The notes under the pieces were generated by a model. That model worked only from the letters and a program-made list of their open reading frames with translations, was not told where the DNA came from and did no database searches. Below are positions 1-10,551 of a DNA stretch of 64,000 nt, piece after piece. The translations under genes and the position numbers were made by a program. The DNA is from Tropicimonas sp. Lineage in GTDB: Bacteria > Pseudomonadota > Alphaproteobacteria > Rhodobacterales > Rhodobacteraceae. The stretch's first letter is position 1. The number at the start of each line of letters is the position of its first letter. The DNA lies in NCBI RefSeq assembly GCF_047971885.1, contig NZ_JBKEAE010000183.1, positions 1,504-65,503 on the forward strand, read 5' to 3'.

Positions 1-289
1 CCACCGGGACGGGCAGGTCCGCCGCCATGCGGTCGAGGGCCGGGCCGAAGGCGGAACAGGTCGCGAGAATGCCATCGGCCCCCTGACCGACGGCATAGCG
101 CCCCAGGTCCATCAGTCGGGCGGTCAGCCGCTCCGAAAGCGCGCCGGTCTCCTGCGCCCGATCGTGCGAAAGCCCGTCGTCGAGCAGGTTCACCGCCAGC
201 GCTTCGGGCCACAGCCGCGTCATCGCCGAAAGGACCGGCTCCATCGCAACCGGCGTCGCGTGCAGAAGCACTATTCGTGGAGATGTCAT
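1..289 (-). CDS. Asp/Glu/hydantoin racemase family protein (N-terminal part, gene runs off left edge)
   Basis: Own translation from ATG 289-287: MTSPRIVLLHATPVAMEPVLSAMTRLWPEALAVNLLDDGLSHDR...ILATCSAFGP. GGGAGGA RBS at 296-302 (minus). Frame stays open to position 1; absent from the ORF track because there is no stop in the window. Confidence 0.55.
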   Translation of the reverse strand, partial: MTSPRIVLLHATPVAMEPVLSAMTRLWPEALAVNLLDDGLSHDRAQETGALSERLTARLMDLGRYAVGQGADGILATCSAFGPALDRMAADLPVPV

Positions 290-384
290 GGATTGTCCTC
301 CCTGAATACGGGCCGGCCGCGAGGGCGTTCGCCGGCGCGGGAACCCGAAAAGGCAAGCCGACCCCGCGCCGGGGTCGCGGATTC

Positions 385-1524
385 TCAGTCGGTCCGCACA
401 ATCTCGACCCAGGCGGGTCCGGCACCGGTTTCCTGCCGGTCTCTCAGGGTGAGCGTGCCGCTTTCGGGATCGATGCGGTAGGCGGCGATATGGCCGGACT
501 TCTCGCCTGCCGCGATCAGGAAAGCGCCGTCCGGCGAGATGGCGAAATCGCGCGGCTGCTGCTCGGTGTCGGTCGCGCCAAGATAGCTGAGCGCGCCGCT
601 TTCGGGGTCGCGGGCAAAACCGATCAGGCGGCTTTCCGTCCGTTCGGAGATGTAGAGCCAGCGCCCGTCCGGCGTGATCCCGATATCGGCAGCCCAGATC
701 GCTTCCGGGTCGGGCTTTGCCGGGCCGGCGCTGGAAACGGGCGGGCGCTTCTTGCCGGGGTGGAGGCGGGTGCCGGGCATGCCATCAAAATCGCCCAGGG
801 CGGTGAGTTGGCCGGTTGCGCCGTCCAGCGCGAAGGCCGAGACAACGCCGAGAAACTGGCTGACCACATAGAGGTGCCGGTTGTCCGGCGAGACGATGAA
901 ATGGCGCGGCCCGCTTTCCTCGGGCAGCGGGACGGTTTGAGCCGCATTATAAGCGAGGGTGGCGGTTGCCGGGTCAAAGGTGAACTGCTCGACGACATTT
1001 TCGCCCAGACTGGGTGCGAAGAGGTAGCGGTTGGTTGCATCCGTGCGCACCGCATGGACATAATCGCGGGTCTGAACGCTCTGAACCGGCGTATCCGAAA
1101 CCCGTCCGGCCTCGTCCAGCGCGTTGACGGTGATCAGATCGGAGCTGTTTGAGGCCGCGAACAGGTAGCGCCCACTCTGGTCCAGCGAGAGATAGAGCAT
1201 GTTGGCGGCAAGCGGTGCGGTTCCCAGAGGCGTCAGCGCGCCACTTTCTGCGTCGATCCTCCAGGCATGGACCGCGAAGGGTTCGGAGCGCACCGCGGCA
1301 TAAAGGGCTGAGCCATCGGTGGCTGATGTCATTGGCATGACCAGCGGCGCTGCCTCGCTCAGCCCGAGCGGCGCAAGCCGGCCGTCATCGGAGAGCGCGA
1401 AGCCGGCCACATTCCCATCCTTGGCATTCGAGACATAGACGAATGTGCCGGCCACGGTTGGTGCCGCACCAGCCAGCAAGGCCATAGCGGCAAGGCTCCC
1501 GGCAAGGGATCTGCGATATCTCAT
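385..1524 (-). CDS. Lactonase, 7-bladed beta-propeller family (6-phosphogluconolactonase/YbhE-like), secreted
   Basis: 379 aa ORF with signal-peptide-like N-terminus (MRYRRSLAGSLAAMALLAGAAPTVAG). Repeated propeller-like segments (YVSN..., HFIVSPDNRHLYVV, ITPDGRWLYISE, FAISPDGAFLIAA). ATGA overlap with the upstream gene. Confidence 0.7.
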   Translation of the reverse strand: MRYRRSLAGSLAAMALLAGAAPTVAGTFVYVSNAKDGNVAGFALSDDGRLAPLGLSEAAPLVMPMTSATDGSALYAAVRSEPFAVHAWRIDAESGALTPLGTAPLAANMLYLSLDQSGRYLFAASNSSDLITVNALDEAGRVSDTPVQSVQTRDYVHAVRTDATNRYLFAPSLGENVVEQFTFDPATATLAYNAAQTVPLPEESGPRHFIVSPDNRHLYVVSQFLGVVSAFALDGATGQLTALGDFDGMPGTRLHPGKKRPPVSSAGPAKPDPEAIWAADIGITPDGRWLYISERTESRLIGFARDPESGALSYLGATDTEQQPRDFAISPDGAFLIAAGEKSGHIAAYRIDPESGTLTLRDRQETGAGPAWVEIVRTD

Positions 1525-2984
1525 GATCTACTCTCCTCCTGTTGAATATCGGTGGCGGACGGCGCCTGAGAACTCAGGAAGACCCGATCCTGTTCGCGCC
1601 TGAGTGCCCAGAGTACCGATCCCTCGGGCTCCTCGACCATGTCGTAGGTGATCGCGGTCCCCGCCGGGATGTCGACGGCGGCGCGATTGCCGCGCAGCAG
1701 ATGCGCGCAGGCGAGATTGCCGGGCGCAACCGGCCGGGCGGGAACGATGCGCGCGCTCATCGAAGGGTCGTGGTCATTGCCGAAAACCTCGCCCCTGCCG
1801 ATATCGCGGGCGGCGACCTTCACCAGATCATAGCGCGGACGGTAGTTCTCCGCGCCGGTATCGATGCCGAGCAGGCCCGCCATCAGGATCGAGGTCGATG
1901 TCTCGACGCCACAGAGGTGATAGGGGCGATAGATCACCGCTGCGCTGTCATCGTAATTGGCGATCTGGCCCTTGGTTGTCAGCACATGGTTGGAATAGGC
2001 ATTGTCGCAGCGGACAACGAGGAACACGCCGCCGCCCAGCCCCGATTCATCGGGCGCCCGCAGGCAGGTGGCCAGGTCGATCACATCAGAGGCCGCGAAC
2101 AGGCCGCCATCATCCGCCCCGCAATAGGCGACGGGAATCTCGGTGATCCGCAGCGGGGCATGATAAAGCGCGTCGCGCGCCGGTTTCATGCCGGTGTAAT
2201 TGGCTGCGATGGTCATCTCGCAGAGGTCATAGCTTCCGGGCTGGGGCAGGCCGGCGAGGATCCGTGCCCGTTCGGCGACATATTCCGCTGTCCTCCCCTG
2301 CGGGATCATCTCCAGATAGCGAGCGTCCTGGGGCGCAACGGTGATCGTTTCGACAGAAGGGGGATGTATCTTCTTGTCGGTCTGGATTGTCACTGTGCCG
2401 GCAGCACGGTCATAGATGAATTCGCCATCGGTCGCCTTGCCGCCGCTCAGCACCGTCAGGCCGACCGATTTCGCCCATTCATAGAGCTGGATCAGCAGGC
2501 CATGCTGATCGCCATCCACGGGGGTATAGACGACACCGGCCTGCTCTGCCTTGCGCTTGAGGATCGGGCCAACGGCGACATCGCAATCCTTGGTGATCAT
2601 CGCCACATGCTTGCCATTGGCAATTGCGGCAAGCGCGTAGCGGGCGCTCATCTCGGGCATGCCGGTGCTTTCGCAAACCACATCGACAGCGTCGATCTCG
2701 GTCAGTATTTCAGAGCGGTCGGTGTAGATCCGGGCCCCCGCGCGGATCTTCTGCCGGGCATCTCCGACCGTTTCGGCATAGGTCACATGGCTCATGTCGA
2801 AGCCGCCTTTTTCATAGGCTGCACGGGCGGCATCAACCGATATGTCGGCAACCGCAACCACAGCGAGCCTTGGTGTTGCCGGGTCCTGGGTAACGATCGC
2901 ACTTCCGTAGTTTCCGGCGCCAATCACGGCCACCCTGACTTCGGACCGTGTTGCAAAGCGGCTGTAGAGATGATGGTAAACCAT
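1521..2984 (-). CDS. NAD(P)-binding oxidoreductase with SAF domain (homoserine dehydrogenase-like, COG4091 type)
   Basis: 487 aa. Rossmann motif VAVIGAGNYGS near the N-terminus; overall resemblance to the predicted homoserine-dehydrogenase-like/SAF family. Confidence 0.6.
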   Translation of the reverse strand: MVYHHLYSRFATRSEVRVAVIGAGNYGSAIVTQDPATPRLAVVAVADISVDAARAAYEKGGFDMSHVTYAETVGDARQKIRAGARIYTDRSEILTEIDAVDVVCESTGMPEMSARYALAAIANGKHVAMITKDCDVAVGPILKRKAEQAGVVYTPVDGDQHGLLIQLYEWAKSVGLTVLSGGKATDGEFIYDRAAGTVTIQTDKKIHPPSVETITVAPQDARYLEMIPQGRTAEYVAERARILAGLPQPGSYDLCEMTIAANYTGMKPARDALYHAPLRITEIPVAYCGADDGGLFAASDVIDLATCLRAPDESGLGGGVFLVVRCDNAYSNHVLTTKGQIANYDDSAAVIYRPYHLCGVETSTSILMAGLLGIDTGAENYRPRYDLVKVAARDIGRGEVFGNDHDPSMSARIVPARPVAPGNLACAHLLRGNRAAVDIPAGTAITYDMVEEPEGSVLWALRREQDRVFLSSQAPSATDIQQEESRS

Positions 2985-3056
2985 GAACGAACTCCTGCAG
3001 AGGCTCGGAAAGCCGGCCTTGATTGACTTGTCGGATCGCGGAAATGGACGCGACGC

Positions 3057-4574
3057 TCAGGTCGATGGTTGCTGGTCGCGGGCGCTGCCGGGTCTTTTCC
3101 AGAACGTCGAGATGAACGGATAGAACAGGGTGATGACCGCCATGAAGAAGATCACGTTGGCGATCGGGCTCTGGAAGAACACCATCGGATCGCCGTCCGA
3201 GCCGACCAGCGTGCGCCGGATGCCGCGTTCGAGGATCGGCCCGAGGATCATGCCGAGGATGAGCGGCACCGGCGGGTATTTCAGCTTGACCATGACATAG
3301 CCGATGAAACCGCAGACCGCCGCGACTACCACGTCGAACATCGAGTTGTTGATCGAGTAGATGGCGAAGCAGACAATGCCAATGACCGAGGGGAACAGGT
3401 AGCTCGGCTTGACGAAGGCGCAGCTTGCCAGAAGCGGGATCAGCACGATGGTGATCAGCACCAGGGAAATGTTGCCGATGTAGAAGCTGCCGAAGATGGT
3501 CCAGACGAAATCGGGCTCGGTCTGAAACAGCATCGGGCTGGGCTGGAGACCGATCATCAACAGGCCGCCCAGCAGAACGGCGGTTGTGCCAGATCCCGGA
3601 ATACCCAAGGCAAACATCGGGATCATCGACCCGTAGGAGGCCGCATTGTTGGCCGATTCCGGCGCCGCTACTCCCTGAATCGCGCCCTGGCCGAACATCT
3701 CGGGCGTTTTGGACAGGCGTTTTGCCAGCGCATAGGCAATCATGGTTGCGGCGGTTGCGCCCGCGCCCGGAAGGACACCGACGACAAACCCGACAACCGA
3801 GCCGATCAGCAGTTCACGCCAGCAACTCAGTGTCTTGCGAAGATCGGGGAAAAGCTCGCGGAAACGGAAGCGCGGGCCGGAAGCCTTCCCGGCGGTGCCG
3901 ATGGGGGTCGAGTACATCTCGGCGAGGCCAAAGAGGCCGACGGCCAGAATGGAAAACTCTATCCCATCCATCAGGTGCACCTCGCCGAAATCGAAGCGGG
4001 GGATGCCGATGATCGGATCAAGCCCGATCACACCAACCCAAAGCCCGACAAACAGCGCCAGCAAACCCTTGACCGGGTCCTTTCCGCCGAGCACGCTGAC
4101 CAGCGACAGGGCGAAGACCATCATCGCCGTCATCTCGATCGGGCCGAAGGCGATCGCCGCCCGGGCAATCGTCGTTGCGAACAGGGTCAGGAATATCAGC
4201 CCGATCAGACCGCCGGCAAAAGACGCTGCAATGCTGATGCCCAGGGCGGTTCCCGCCTGTCCTTTCTTGGTCAGGGCATGGCCGTCGATCACCGTCATGG
4301 TGGCAGCGGAATCGCCCGGTATCCCCAGCAGGATCGCCGTCACCCCGCCGCCATATTGCGACCCGTAATAAACCCCGCCAAGTGCTGCGATCGCCGCCGT
4401 GCCGTCGAAGCCGACGACGATGGGCAGAAGGATCGCGACCCCCGCCGTTGGGCCGAGGCCGGGCAAGGCGCCGATGAACAGGCCGAGTATGGCGCCGATG
4501 AAGATTGCCGCCAGAATGGCCGGAGATGCGGCATGCGCCACACCGTCCGCAAGAAGTGCAAGTGTTTCCGACAT
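3057..4574 (-). CDS. tctA: Tripartite tricarboxylate transporter permease TctA
   Basis: Polytopic membrane protein with typical TctA N-terminus (MSETLALLADGV...GALPGLGP). Start moved to the internal ATG at 4574, preceded by GGAGAA; the ORF-track N-terminal extension is Arg-rich and implausible. Confidence 0.9.
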   Translation of the reverse strand: MSETLALLADGVAHAASPAILAAIFIGAILGLFIGALPGLGPTAGVAILLPIVVGFDGTAAIAALGGVYYGSQYGGGVTAILLGIPGDSAATMTVIDGHALTKKGQAGTALGISIAASFAGGLIGLIFLTLFATTIARAAIAFGPIEMTAMMVFALSLVSVLGGKDPVKGLLALFVGLWVGVIGLDPIIGIPRFDFGEVHLMDGIEFSILAVGLFGLAEMYSTPIGTAGKASGPRFRFRELFPDLRKTLSCWRELLIGSVVGFVVGVLPGAGATAATMIAYALAKRLSKTPEMFGQGAIQGVAAPESANNAASYGSMIPMFALGIPGSGTTAVLLGGLLMIGLQPSPMLFQTEPDFVWTIFGSFYIGNISLVLITIVLIPLLASCAFVKPSYLFPSVIGIVCFAIYSINNSMFDVVVAAVCGFIGYVMVKLKYPPVPLILGMILGPILERGIRRTLVGSDGDPMVFFQSPIANVIFFMAVITLFYPFISTFWKRPGSARDQQPST

Positions 4575-4594
4575 CGCGATTCTCCAATCCCCTT

Positions 4595-5041
4595 TCAGGG
4601 CAACGGAACGGACAGGATCCTGACGAAGATGACATAGAGGACACCAGACATCAGCAGGGCGAGCAGCGCCGAGCGGCTCAGTTGCCTGCCGGTTCGGGCG
4701 CCGAAGGCCGCGGCGACGAAGATCATCAGCAGAAATCCGGAAACCAGCATCCCGATATGTGCCGAGAGCCAGGTAAACAGGCAGATCGCGGCGCTGCATG
4801 CCAGCACGCGCACGATCTCTTCGGAGCCGATGTGCTCAAGAACATCGGTTCGCCGGATGGCATTGATCAGGTTGACCAGTGCCAGCAGGGTTATTCCCGC
4901 CCCGATCAGGACAGGGAAATAGCCTGCCCCGGGCGAAGTGCCGTCCATGAAACCGTAGCTGCGGCCGGTCTGCACCACGTAGAGGCCGAAGCCTGCCAGG
5001 AGCACTGATACGACAATGTCCAGATTTCGGATTCCGACCAT
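4595..5041 (-). CDS. tctB: Tripartite tricarboxylate transporter small membrane subunit TctB
   Basis: About 148 aa, 4-TM protein between tctC and tctA. Start at ATG 5041 (MVGIRNLDIVVSVLLAGFGLY) with a GAGAGGGGG RBS. Confidence 0.75.
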   Translation of the reverse strand: MVGIRNLDIVVSVLLAGFGLYVVQTGRSYGFMDGTSPGAGYFPVLIGAGITLLALVNLINAIRRTDVLEHIGSEEIVRVLACSAAICLFTWLSAHIGMLVSGFLLMIFVAAAFGARTGRQLSRSALLALLMSGVLYVIFVRILSVPLP

Positions 5042-5136
5042 TGGGTTCCCCCTCTCGTGGCCAATGACAGGCAGGGCGCCGGCAAGTGCCCGGTGTGGCC
5101 GGGAAGGAGCCGTTCGGCCCCTTTCCCGAGTTTGCA

Positions 5137-6102
5137 TCATTCGATCAGACCAAGTTCCCGCATCAGGTCTTCATAGCGTGCGGAGGTCTCGACCATTTCC
5201 GCACCGAATTCCCGGCTGTCCATGAACAGTGAAATCTCGTTGAACTTGTCGAGATAGGCAGCGCGCCATTCGTCGCTTTCGGCGACCGTCTTCATGACGC
5301 CTTCCCAGAACGACACCGCTTCGGGTGGAACATCGGCAGGCATGATGATGCCGCGAAGCTGGGTATGGTCGATATCGTAGCCAAGCTCTTCAAAGGTCGG
5401 AACATCGGGCAGTTCCGGAATCCGCTCCGGCGCGCTGACTGCCAGCGGCCGCATGGCGCCCGAGCGCACCTGTTCCAGCATTTCGTTGGGGTTGCCCCAC
5501 ATTACGTCGAGATGCCCGCCCAGAACCGCGGCGATCACCTCGCCGCCGCCGTCATAGGGGATCACCTTGACCGACGCGCCGAGTTTTTCGTTTACCAGAT
5601 GGGTCAGCAGCGCCTCGTCGGCAACCGCGCCGACGCTGCCCACTTTGAGCCCCGTCGCCGTCTTGATGTCATCGAGCGACTCGATGGGAGATTGCGAGCG
5701 CACCACGAAGATATAGGGCGAGCGGGCAACTGCGGCGAGGGGCGTGAAGCTCTCGTAATTATAGGGCATTTCGCGCAGAAGTGGTGTGGTAAAGAAGCTG
5801 ACGCCGACACCGCCGAGCATATAGGCGTCGCCCTTGTGCGAGTCGATATGGGTATAGCCGATCGCGCCCGAGCCGCCGGGGCGGTTTTCGACGAGGATGC
5901 GCACACCGTCGGGCAGCAGGCCCTTCTGCTCGATGACGCTCACCAGTGTGCGGGTCATCACATCGGTGCCGCCGCCGACTCCGGCGGCGACGATATAGGT
6001 CATGTTCATGTCGGGATAGCTTTCGGCCACCGCCGCGTTCACGGCAGGCAGCGACAGGGTGCCGGCCATCAGCAGGCTCAGCGTGCGTGGAATTTTCGTC
6101 AT
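5137..6102 (-). CDS. tctC: Tripartite tricarboxylate transporter substrate-binding protein TctC (Bug family)
   Basis: Signal peptide MTKIPRTLSLLMAGTLSLPAVNA. Bug/TctC-like body (GGGTDVMTR, RPGGSG). Start ATG 6102 with [10 protein letters not shown]. Confidence 0.85.
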   Translation of the reverse strand: MTKIPRTLSLLMAGTLSLPAVNAAVAESYPDMNMTYIVAAGVGGGTDVMTRTLVSVIEQKGLLPDGVRILVENRPGGSGAIGYTHIDSHKGDAYMLGGVGVSFFTTPLLREMPYNYESFTPLAAVARSPYIFVVRSQSPIESLDDIKTATGLKVGSVGAVADEALLTHLVNEKLGASVKVIPYDGGGEVIAAVLGGHLDVMWGNPNEMLEQVRSGAMRPLAVSAPERIPELPDVPTFEELGYDIDHTQLRGIIMPADVPPEAVSFWEGVMKTVAESDEWRAAYLDKFNEISLFMDSREFGAEMVETSARYEDLMRELGLIE

Positions 6103-6336
6103 GGGGCTCCTCCTTCGTGTTGGCAGAACGAGACCGCCCGCGGTCCGGGCAGATCCGGACCGGTCGCGAACGGATATGTCAGTGCGAGTTCCTCCTGCTT
6201 GCAGCAAGTTGCAGGCATTTCCCCTGGACAGACAAGCTAAATAAACTTGTCGATTATTCGATTGGACAAACCAATAGGGCGGTGGCTATCCTGTAACTGA
6301 GGCGCGGTTCGAACTGCCCGTCCACACGGTGGGAGA

Positions 6337-7263
6337 ATGGCGATCGACAGCGTCAACAATATCAACCTCAAGCTGCTGCAAACCTTCCTGCTGGTCGCCT
6401 CCGCCCGCAGCTTTCGCGCCGCTGCCGAGCAGTTGAGCCGGTCGCATTCGGCCATCAGCAGCCAGATCAAGCAGTTGGAACAGCAGCTTGGTGTGCCGCT
6501 TTTCGAGCGCACGACACGCAGCGTGCGACTGACCGACGAGGGGCGGAAACTGCAGGAGATTTCGTCGCGGGCTCTGCTCGATATCCAGCTCGGGCTGAGG
6601 CAGTTGCGCGAGGTTGCGGATTTCCGGCAGGGCAGCCTGACCGTCGCTACCTCACCCAATCTGGCATCGATCTATCTGCCGGCGGTTCTGGCCGGATTCG
6701 TGCGCGACTATCCCGCTGTTTCGGTCAGGATGCGCGAACTGACCACCCGCGACCTGTTCGAGGCGCTCAAGCAAAAGGAGGTCGATTTTGCGCTTGGGCC
6801 GCAGCGGGAGGATGCGGAACTCAGCTTTGTCACCGTCCTGACCGAGCCGGTCTTCGCGCTGGTGCCGCCGCAATTCGTCGAACCCGACCAGACCGAAATC
6901 ACCTGGCGGGCGCTTGCCCGGCTGCCGTTGCTGCTGCCGAGCAATGCAACCTCGATGCGCAGCCTGCTCGACAGGATGATGCGCGAAATCGGCGTTGTGC
7001 CCGAAGCGCGCTATCAGTTCATCCAGGCCGAAACCATCGTCGCCATGGCCGAGGCCGGACTCGGTGTCGCCATCCAGCCGGCATCGCGACTGCGCAAACT
7101 GGGCGCCACGCAGGCGCGGATCCTTGATCTGGTCGAACCGAGGGTCAGCAGGAAAATGGCACTGATCACCCGTCGCGATCAGGTTCTCTCGCACACCGCG
7201 CAAAAATTCGCGGACAGGATCATCGCGGAACTGGCGGGCGGTGGCGCGGCCGCAATCGCGTGA
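6337..7263 (+). CDS. LysR family transcriptional regulator
   Basis: 308 aa with N-terminal wHTH (LKLLQTFLLVASARSFRAAAEQLSRSHSAISSQIKQLEQQLGVPLFERTTR). Divergent from the tct operon. Confidence 0.9.
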   Translation: MAIDSVNNINLKLLQTFLLVASARSFRAAAEQLSRSHSAISSQIKQLEQQLGVPLFERTTRSVRLTDEGRKLQEISSRALLDIQLGLRQLREVADFRQGSLTVATSPNLASIYLPAVLAGFVRDYPAVSVRMRELTTRDLFEALKQKEVDFALGPQREDAELSFVTVLTEPVFALVPPQFVEPDQTEITWRALARLPLLLPSNATSMRSLLDRMMREIGVVPEARYQFIQAETIVAMAEAGLGVAIQPASRLRKLGATQARILDLVEPRVSRKMALITRRDQVLSHTAQKFADRIIAELAGGGAAAIA

Positions 7264-7388
7264 TGCCGAGCGTGCCCCGACGATATCGACATGTGTCACA
7301 CATCAGGCACCGCGCGCCGGTCGACGGATCGGAAAATTCCCTGTCGGCGCACCAGCGCTGTCGCCAGCCCGGTTCGGCTGACGCTCGC

Positions 7389-7568
7389 TCAGTCGTCGCG
7401 CGGCTCCCGGGGCAGGTCCGCTTCGGGCGATCCGGGTTCGGGTGCCTCGTCGGTCTCGATCCGGTAATATCCGCCGAGCCAGCGGCCAAGATCGACATCG
7501 GCGCAGCGCTTCGAGCAGAAGGGCCGGTAGGCCGGGTCGCTGACCTTTCCGCAGATCGGGCAGGTCAT
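7389..7568 (-). CDS. yacG: DNA gyrase inhibitor YacG (zinc finger)
   Basis: 59 aa [35 protein letters not shown]..., with the CxxC...CxxxC pattern. Forms the C-terminal end of a longer spurious ORF in the track. Confidence 0.85.
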   Translation of the reverse strand: MTCPICGKVSDPAYRPFCSKRCADVDLGRWLGGYYRIETDEAPEPGSPEADLPREPRDD

Positions 7569-8608
7569 CGCAGCGCCTTTCGCACCACCGCATCGAGCGG
7601 CGTCCGCTCGCGTTTGCGTTGCAGTTCGAAGTTCCCCAGCGGCGTCCAGCCGGCCAGGGCGGTTTCCACCGCGTCGCTCCTGAATGCCGCCTGTAGTGCC
7701 TGTTCGATCTGCCGCCGGTCCTTCTTGGCCAGCGGCGCGAAATCGATCGCGATCTGCCCGCCAAGCCCGCGCAGCCGCAGCGCGCGGGGCAGGGCGCGTG
7801 CCGCCGCCAGATTGGCCTTGAGCCCGGCGGCGGGCGATGCGTCGGCGCCGGTGTTCACATCCACCGCGACAAAGGCCCGGGTCGGCTCGACCGCCATCGT
7901 GCCGCCGCCGGACAGGTCTTCGAGCGGCGCGGTCGCGCTCGCCAGGTCGTCCAGCACACCGCGCGCCGCAAAGCACCCCGGTTCGGTCATAACCTCGTCC
8001 GGGCTGCCCCACTCCCGCCAGGCGAGCGCATGGGCATCCGGGCCGTCGAGCAGCAGCTCCGCGGCGCCATCGGCGTTTGCGGTTACCGCTTCGGCCTGCG
8101 CGCGCATTTCGGCGATGTCCTCGGCGATCTTGTCCTCCGGCGCGTTCGCGCTGGCCGAGCGCAGGATCAGGCCGAACCCCGAGCCCTCCATGATCCCGGC
8201 CGCCAGCACCCTGAGTTGCAGGCGCGTCTCCTCGTCGCGGATCGCGCGCGAGACGTTCAGCCCCGGCGCGCCCGGTGTGACGATTGCGTATTTCGACTTG
8301 AAGAGAAGCTTCTGCGTCAGCGGAACCGCCTTGCCCGGCTCGCAATGGGACGAGATCTGAACCAGAACCGGCTGACCGGCGGAAAGCCCCTTCGAATGAC
8401 GCAGAAAGCCCTTGCCGTCGGGCAGGCGGACAAAGACACCGCCCATGCCCTTGAGCGGGCGCTCGACCAGCCCGCGAAAGATGGCGCCGGGAACGGCCGG
8501 GCCGTCTTCGGGTGGATCGATCAGGAAATCCTCCAGCCGGCCATCCGTCAGCAGGGCGGCGGCCCGCCGCCCGGCGATCCGGTCGAGAAAGGCGCTGCTG
8601 CCCCTCAT
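7565..8608 (-). CDS. Ribonuclease E/G family protein (short, catalytic-domain type)
   Basis: 347 aa from [10 protein letters not shown]. Contains FVAVDVNTG and GGQIAIDF motifs typical of the RNase E/G catalytic core. ATGA overlaps with maf and yacG. This infA-maf-rng-yacG synteny is conserved in alphaproteobacteria. Confidence 0.8.
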   Translation of the reverse strand: MRGSSAFLDRIAGRRAAALLTDGRLEDFLIDPPEDGPAVPGAIFRGLVERPLKGMGGVFVRLPDGKGFLRHSKGLSAGQPVLVQISSHCEPGKAVPLTQKLLFKSKYAIVTPGAPGLNVSRAIRDEETRLQLRVLAAGIMEGSGFGLILRSASANAPEDKIAEDIAEMRAQAEAVTANADGAAELLLDGPDAHALAWREWGSPDEVMTEPGCFAARGVLDDLASATAPLEDLSGGGTMAVEPTRAFVAVDVNTGADASPAAGLKANLAAARALPRALRLRGLGGQIAIDFAPLAKKDRRQIEQALQAAFRSDAVETALAGWTPLGNFELQRKRERTPLDAVVRKALR

Positions 8609-9183
8609 GACCGGCTCCGGTAAAGCGGATAGCCGGCGGCCATCAGCAGGTTGGCCGTTTCGGCAACCGGCAGGCCGACAATGGCGGTATAGGAGCCGCT
8701 GATCCACGGAACGAAGGCGCCGGCCGGCCCCTGGATCGAATAGCCGCCTGCCTTGCCCCGCCAGTCGCCGCTGGCCAGGTAGGCGTTCACCTCGAGATCG
8801 CTCAGCCGTTTCATCCTGACGGTGCTGAGCGCTTCGCGCTCCCACAGCCTGCCGTTGCGCCGTACGGCAACCGCCGTTACCACGCGATGGCGCCGCCCCG
8901 ACAGCGCATGGAGGAATGCCGCCGCCTCGCCCGCATCCGCGGGCTTGCCATAGATGCGGCGGCCGAGCATCACGGTGGTGTCGGCGGCAAGCACGATGTC
9001 ATCGTCCTCGGCCGGAACCGCCAGCGCCTTTTCGCGCGCCATGCGGGCGCAATAGGGGCGCGGAAGCTCGCGCGGCGCCGGCGTCTCGTCGATTTCGGGC
9101 GGGCGGACCGCATCGGGCGTCACGCCGATCCGGGCAAGCAGTTCCCGCCGGCGCGGGCTGGCCGACCCGAGAATCAGCCGCAT
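8605..9183 (-). CDS. maf: Maf-like nucleoside triphosphate pyrophosphatase (septum formation protein)
   Basis: 192 aa. [16 protein letters not shown]...D..V...GKP...A...L..LSGR.H.V.T and GAY.IQG motifs. Confidence 0.9.
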   Translation of the reverse strand: MRLILGSASPRRRELLARIGVTPDAVRPPEIDETPAPRELPRPYCARMAREKALAVPAEDDDIVLAADTTVMLGRRIYGKPADAGEAAAFLHALSGRRHRVVTAVAVRRNGRLWEREALSTVRMKRLSDLEVNAYLASGDWRGKAGGYSIQGPAGAFVPWISGSYTAIVGLPVAETANLLMAAGYPLYRSRS

Positions 9184-9192
9184 CCCCGCCGC

Positions 9193-9411
9193 CTATTTGA
9201 AACGATAGTTGATTCGGCCCTTGGTCAGGTCGTAAGGGGTCATTTCCACCTGAACCCGGTCGCCTGCAAGAACCCGGATGCGGTTTTTCCGCATCTTGCC
9301 TGCCGTATGCGCGATGATCTCGTGGCCATTGTCCAGCTCGACCCTGAATGTCGCGTTCGGCAGAAGTTCCTTCACGACACCGGGAAATTCGAGCATTTCT
9401 TCCTTGGCCAT
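9193..9411 (-). CDS. infA: Translation initiation factor IF-1
   Basis: 72 aa [72 protein letters not shown]. Internal start of the ORF 9193..9618. Confidence 0.95.
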   Translation of the reverse strand: MAKEEMLEFPGVVKELLPNATFRVELDNGHEIIAHTAGKMRKNRIRVLAGDRVQVEMTPYDLTKGRINYRFK

Positions 9412-9484
9412 GGTCACTCCTGAGTAGTTTGCGCGTACCTCCCGTCGGAAGGTGCCGGTTAAATGCGCCCTGCGGTCTAATAAA

Positions 9485-10384
9485 TCAAGGCCGATTCTCG
9501 GCAAAGCCCCGCAGCGTGGCGCCAGCGGCGCAACTGTCCGCCCGGGCGGAATCGGTTCGGGTGGAAACCTGGCCTTCGGTGCGGCATTGTCTGAGCGCGG
9601 CACGGCTGACCTCGGCATGGCACCAGCCCGGGCGGTTCAGTACGCCCTGGGCCAGAATGCCGGTTGCCGGGAAACCGACATCGGGCGGAGCGAAGATCGC
9701 GGCACGCCCGTAATTCTCGTCGACGATCGGGCAGCCGGGCACCGGGCCGACCATCGGCGCATGGATCGCGACGCATTGCTGTTCGAGCGCCCGCGCCCGC
9801 GCCGCGATGCGCACTCGCTGCTGGCCCGACATGGTTTCGGTGTTCGATGGTACCAGCAGGACATCGGGTTTCAGCACGGTGGCCAGCGCGGGGAACTCGG
9901 CGTCGTAACAGATGAGCACGCCGATACGGCCGAGATCGGTTTCGAAAGGCGTCAGCGGCTCGCCCGGGACAAGCGGAGTGAAATCGCGCTCCCACGGGGT
10001 GAGGATCTGCTTGTCCTGATAGCCCGTTTCGCCGGTGGGCGTGTGCAGATGCGCGCGGTTGACCAGCCCCGGCACACCGTTGGCCGGCAGGGAGCCGCCG
10101 AGCAGGAAGACCGAGTGGCGCCGCGCGAGCCCGCCACAAAGCGCGGCGTAGCGTTCGGCGACCGCGGCCGAGCGCGGCCACCATTCCGCCAGCGGCAGGT
10201 TGGGCGGGGCATCGACCAGCGCGGCTTCGAGCCCCGCGTATTCGGGCAGAACCAGCAGCGCCGCGCCGTCGGCTGCCGCCCCGCCGATCCAGCGGTCGAG
10301 CTTTTCTTCGAGCGCCGCCCAGTCGGGCAGGCGGTCGACAGGGTAGGCCGCGCAGGCAAGGCGGATCGTTCGGGCTTTGGTCAT
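9485..10384 (-). CDS. Carbon-nitrogen hydrolase (nitrilase superfamily) protein
   Basis: 299 aa. Nitrilase-superfamily catalytic context ([15 protein letters not shown]). Confidence 0.8.
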   Translation of the reverse strand: MTKARTIRLACAAYPVDRLPDWAALEEKLDRWIGGAAADGAALLVLPEYAGLEAALVDAPPNLPLAEWWPRSAAVAERYAALCGGLARRHSVFLLGGSLPANGVPGLVNRAHLHTPTGETGYQDKQILTPWERDFTPLVPGEPLTPFETDLGRIGVLICYDAEFPALATVLKPDVLLVPSNTETMSGQQRVRIAARARALEQQCVAIHAPMVGPVPGCPIVDENYGRAAIFAPPDVGFPATGILAQGVLNRPGWCHAEVSRAALRQCRTEGQVSTRTDSARADSCAAGATLRGFAENRP

Positions 10385-10551
10385 GGGCGTTTCCGTTGTT
10401 CTTTCCGTTTCCGGTGTCGCTGTTCACGTCGTTCCTGCCGAATCGTGCGGCAATATCGTGGTTCGGGCAATAGCCGCAGCCCAGTCGGGCGGGTGGAACA
10501 CACAGATTTCCGATGCGGACCAGCGATCATCGCCCGAAAGCCGGACCAGCC

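Noticed and set aside
3057-6207. N-terminal extensions of tctA, tctB and tctC as given in the ORF track (starts 4799, 5140, 6207)
   Set aside because: The extensions are Arg/Pro-rich, overlap the upstream genes and lack an RBS. Internal ATGs at 4574, 5041 and 6102 have good RBSs and give canonical N-termini or signal peptides. The same logic was applied to murA, pyc, apbC, ftsI, murE, murF, mraY, ftsW, murG, the aldehyde dehydrogenase and aminopeptidase P.
7260-8360. Long alternative-frame ORFs (7260..8360 plus, 7389..8345 minus) over the RNase E/G-family gene
   Set aside because: Only the last 59 codons of 7389..8345 are real (yacG). The remainder is an Arg/Gly/Ala-rich alternative frame of the 7565..8608 gene, which carries the catalytic-domain motifs.
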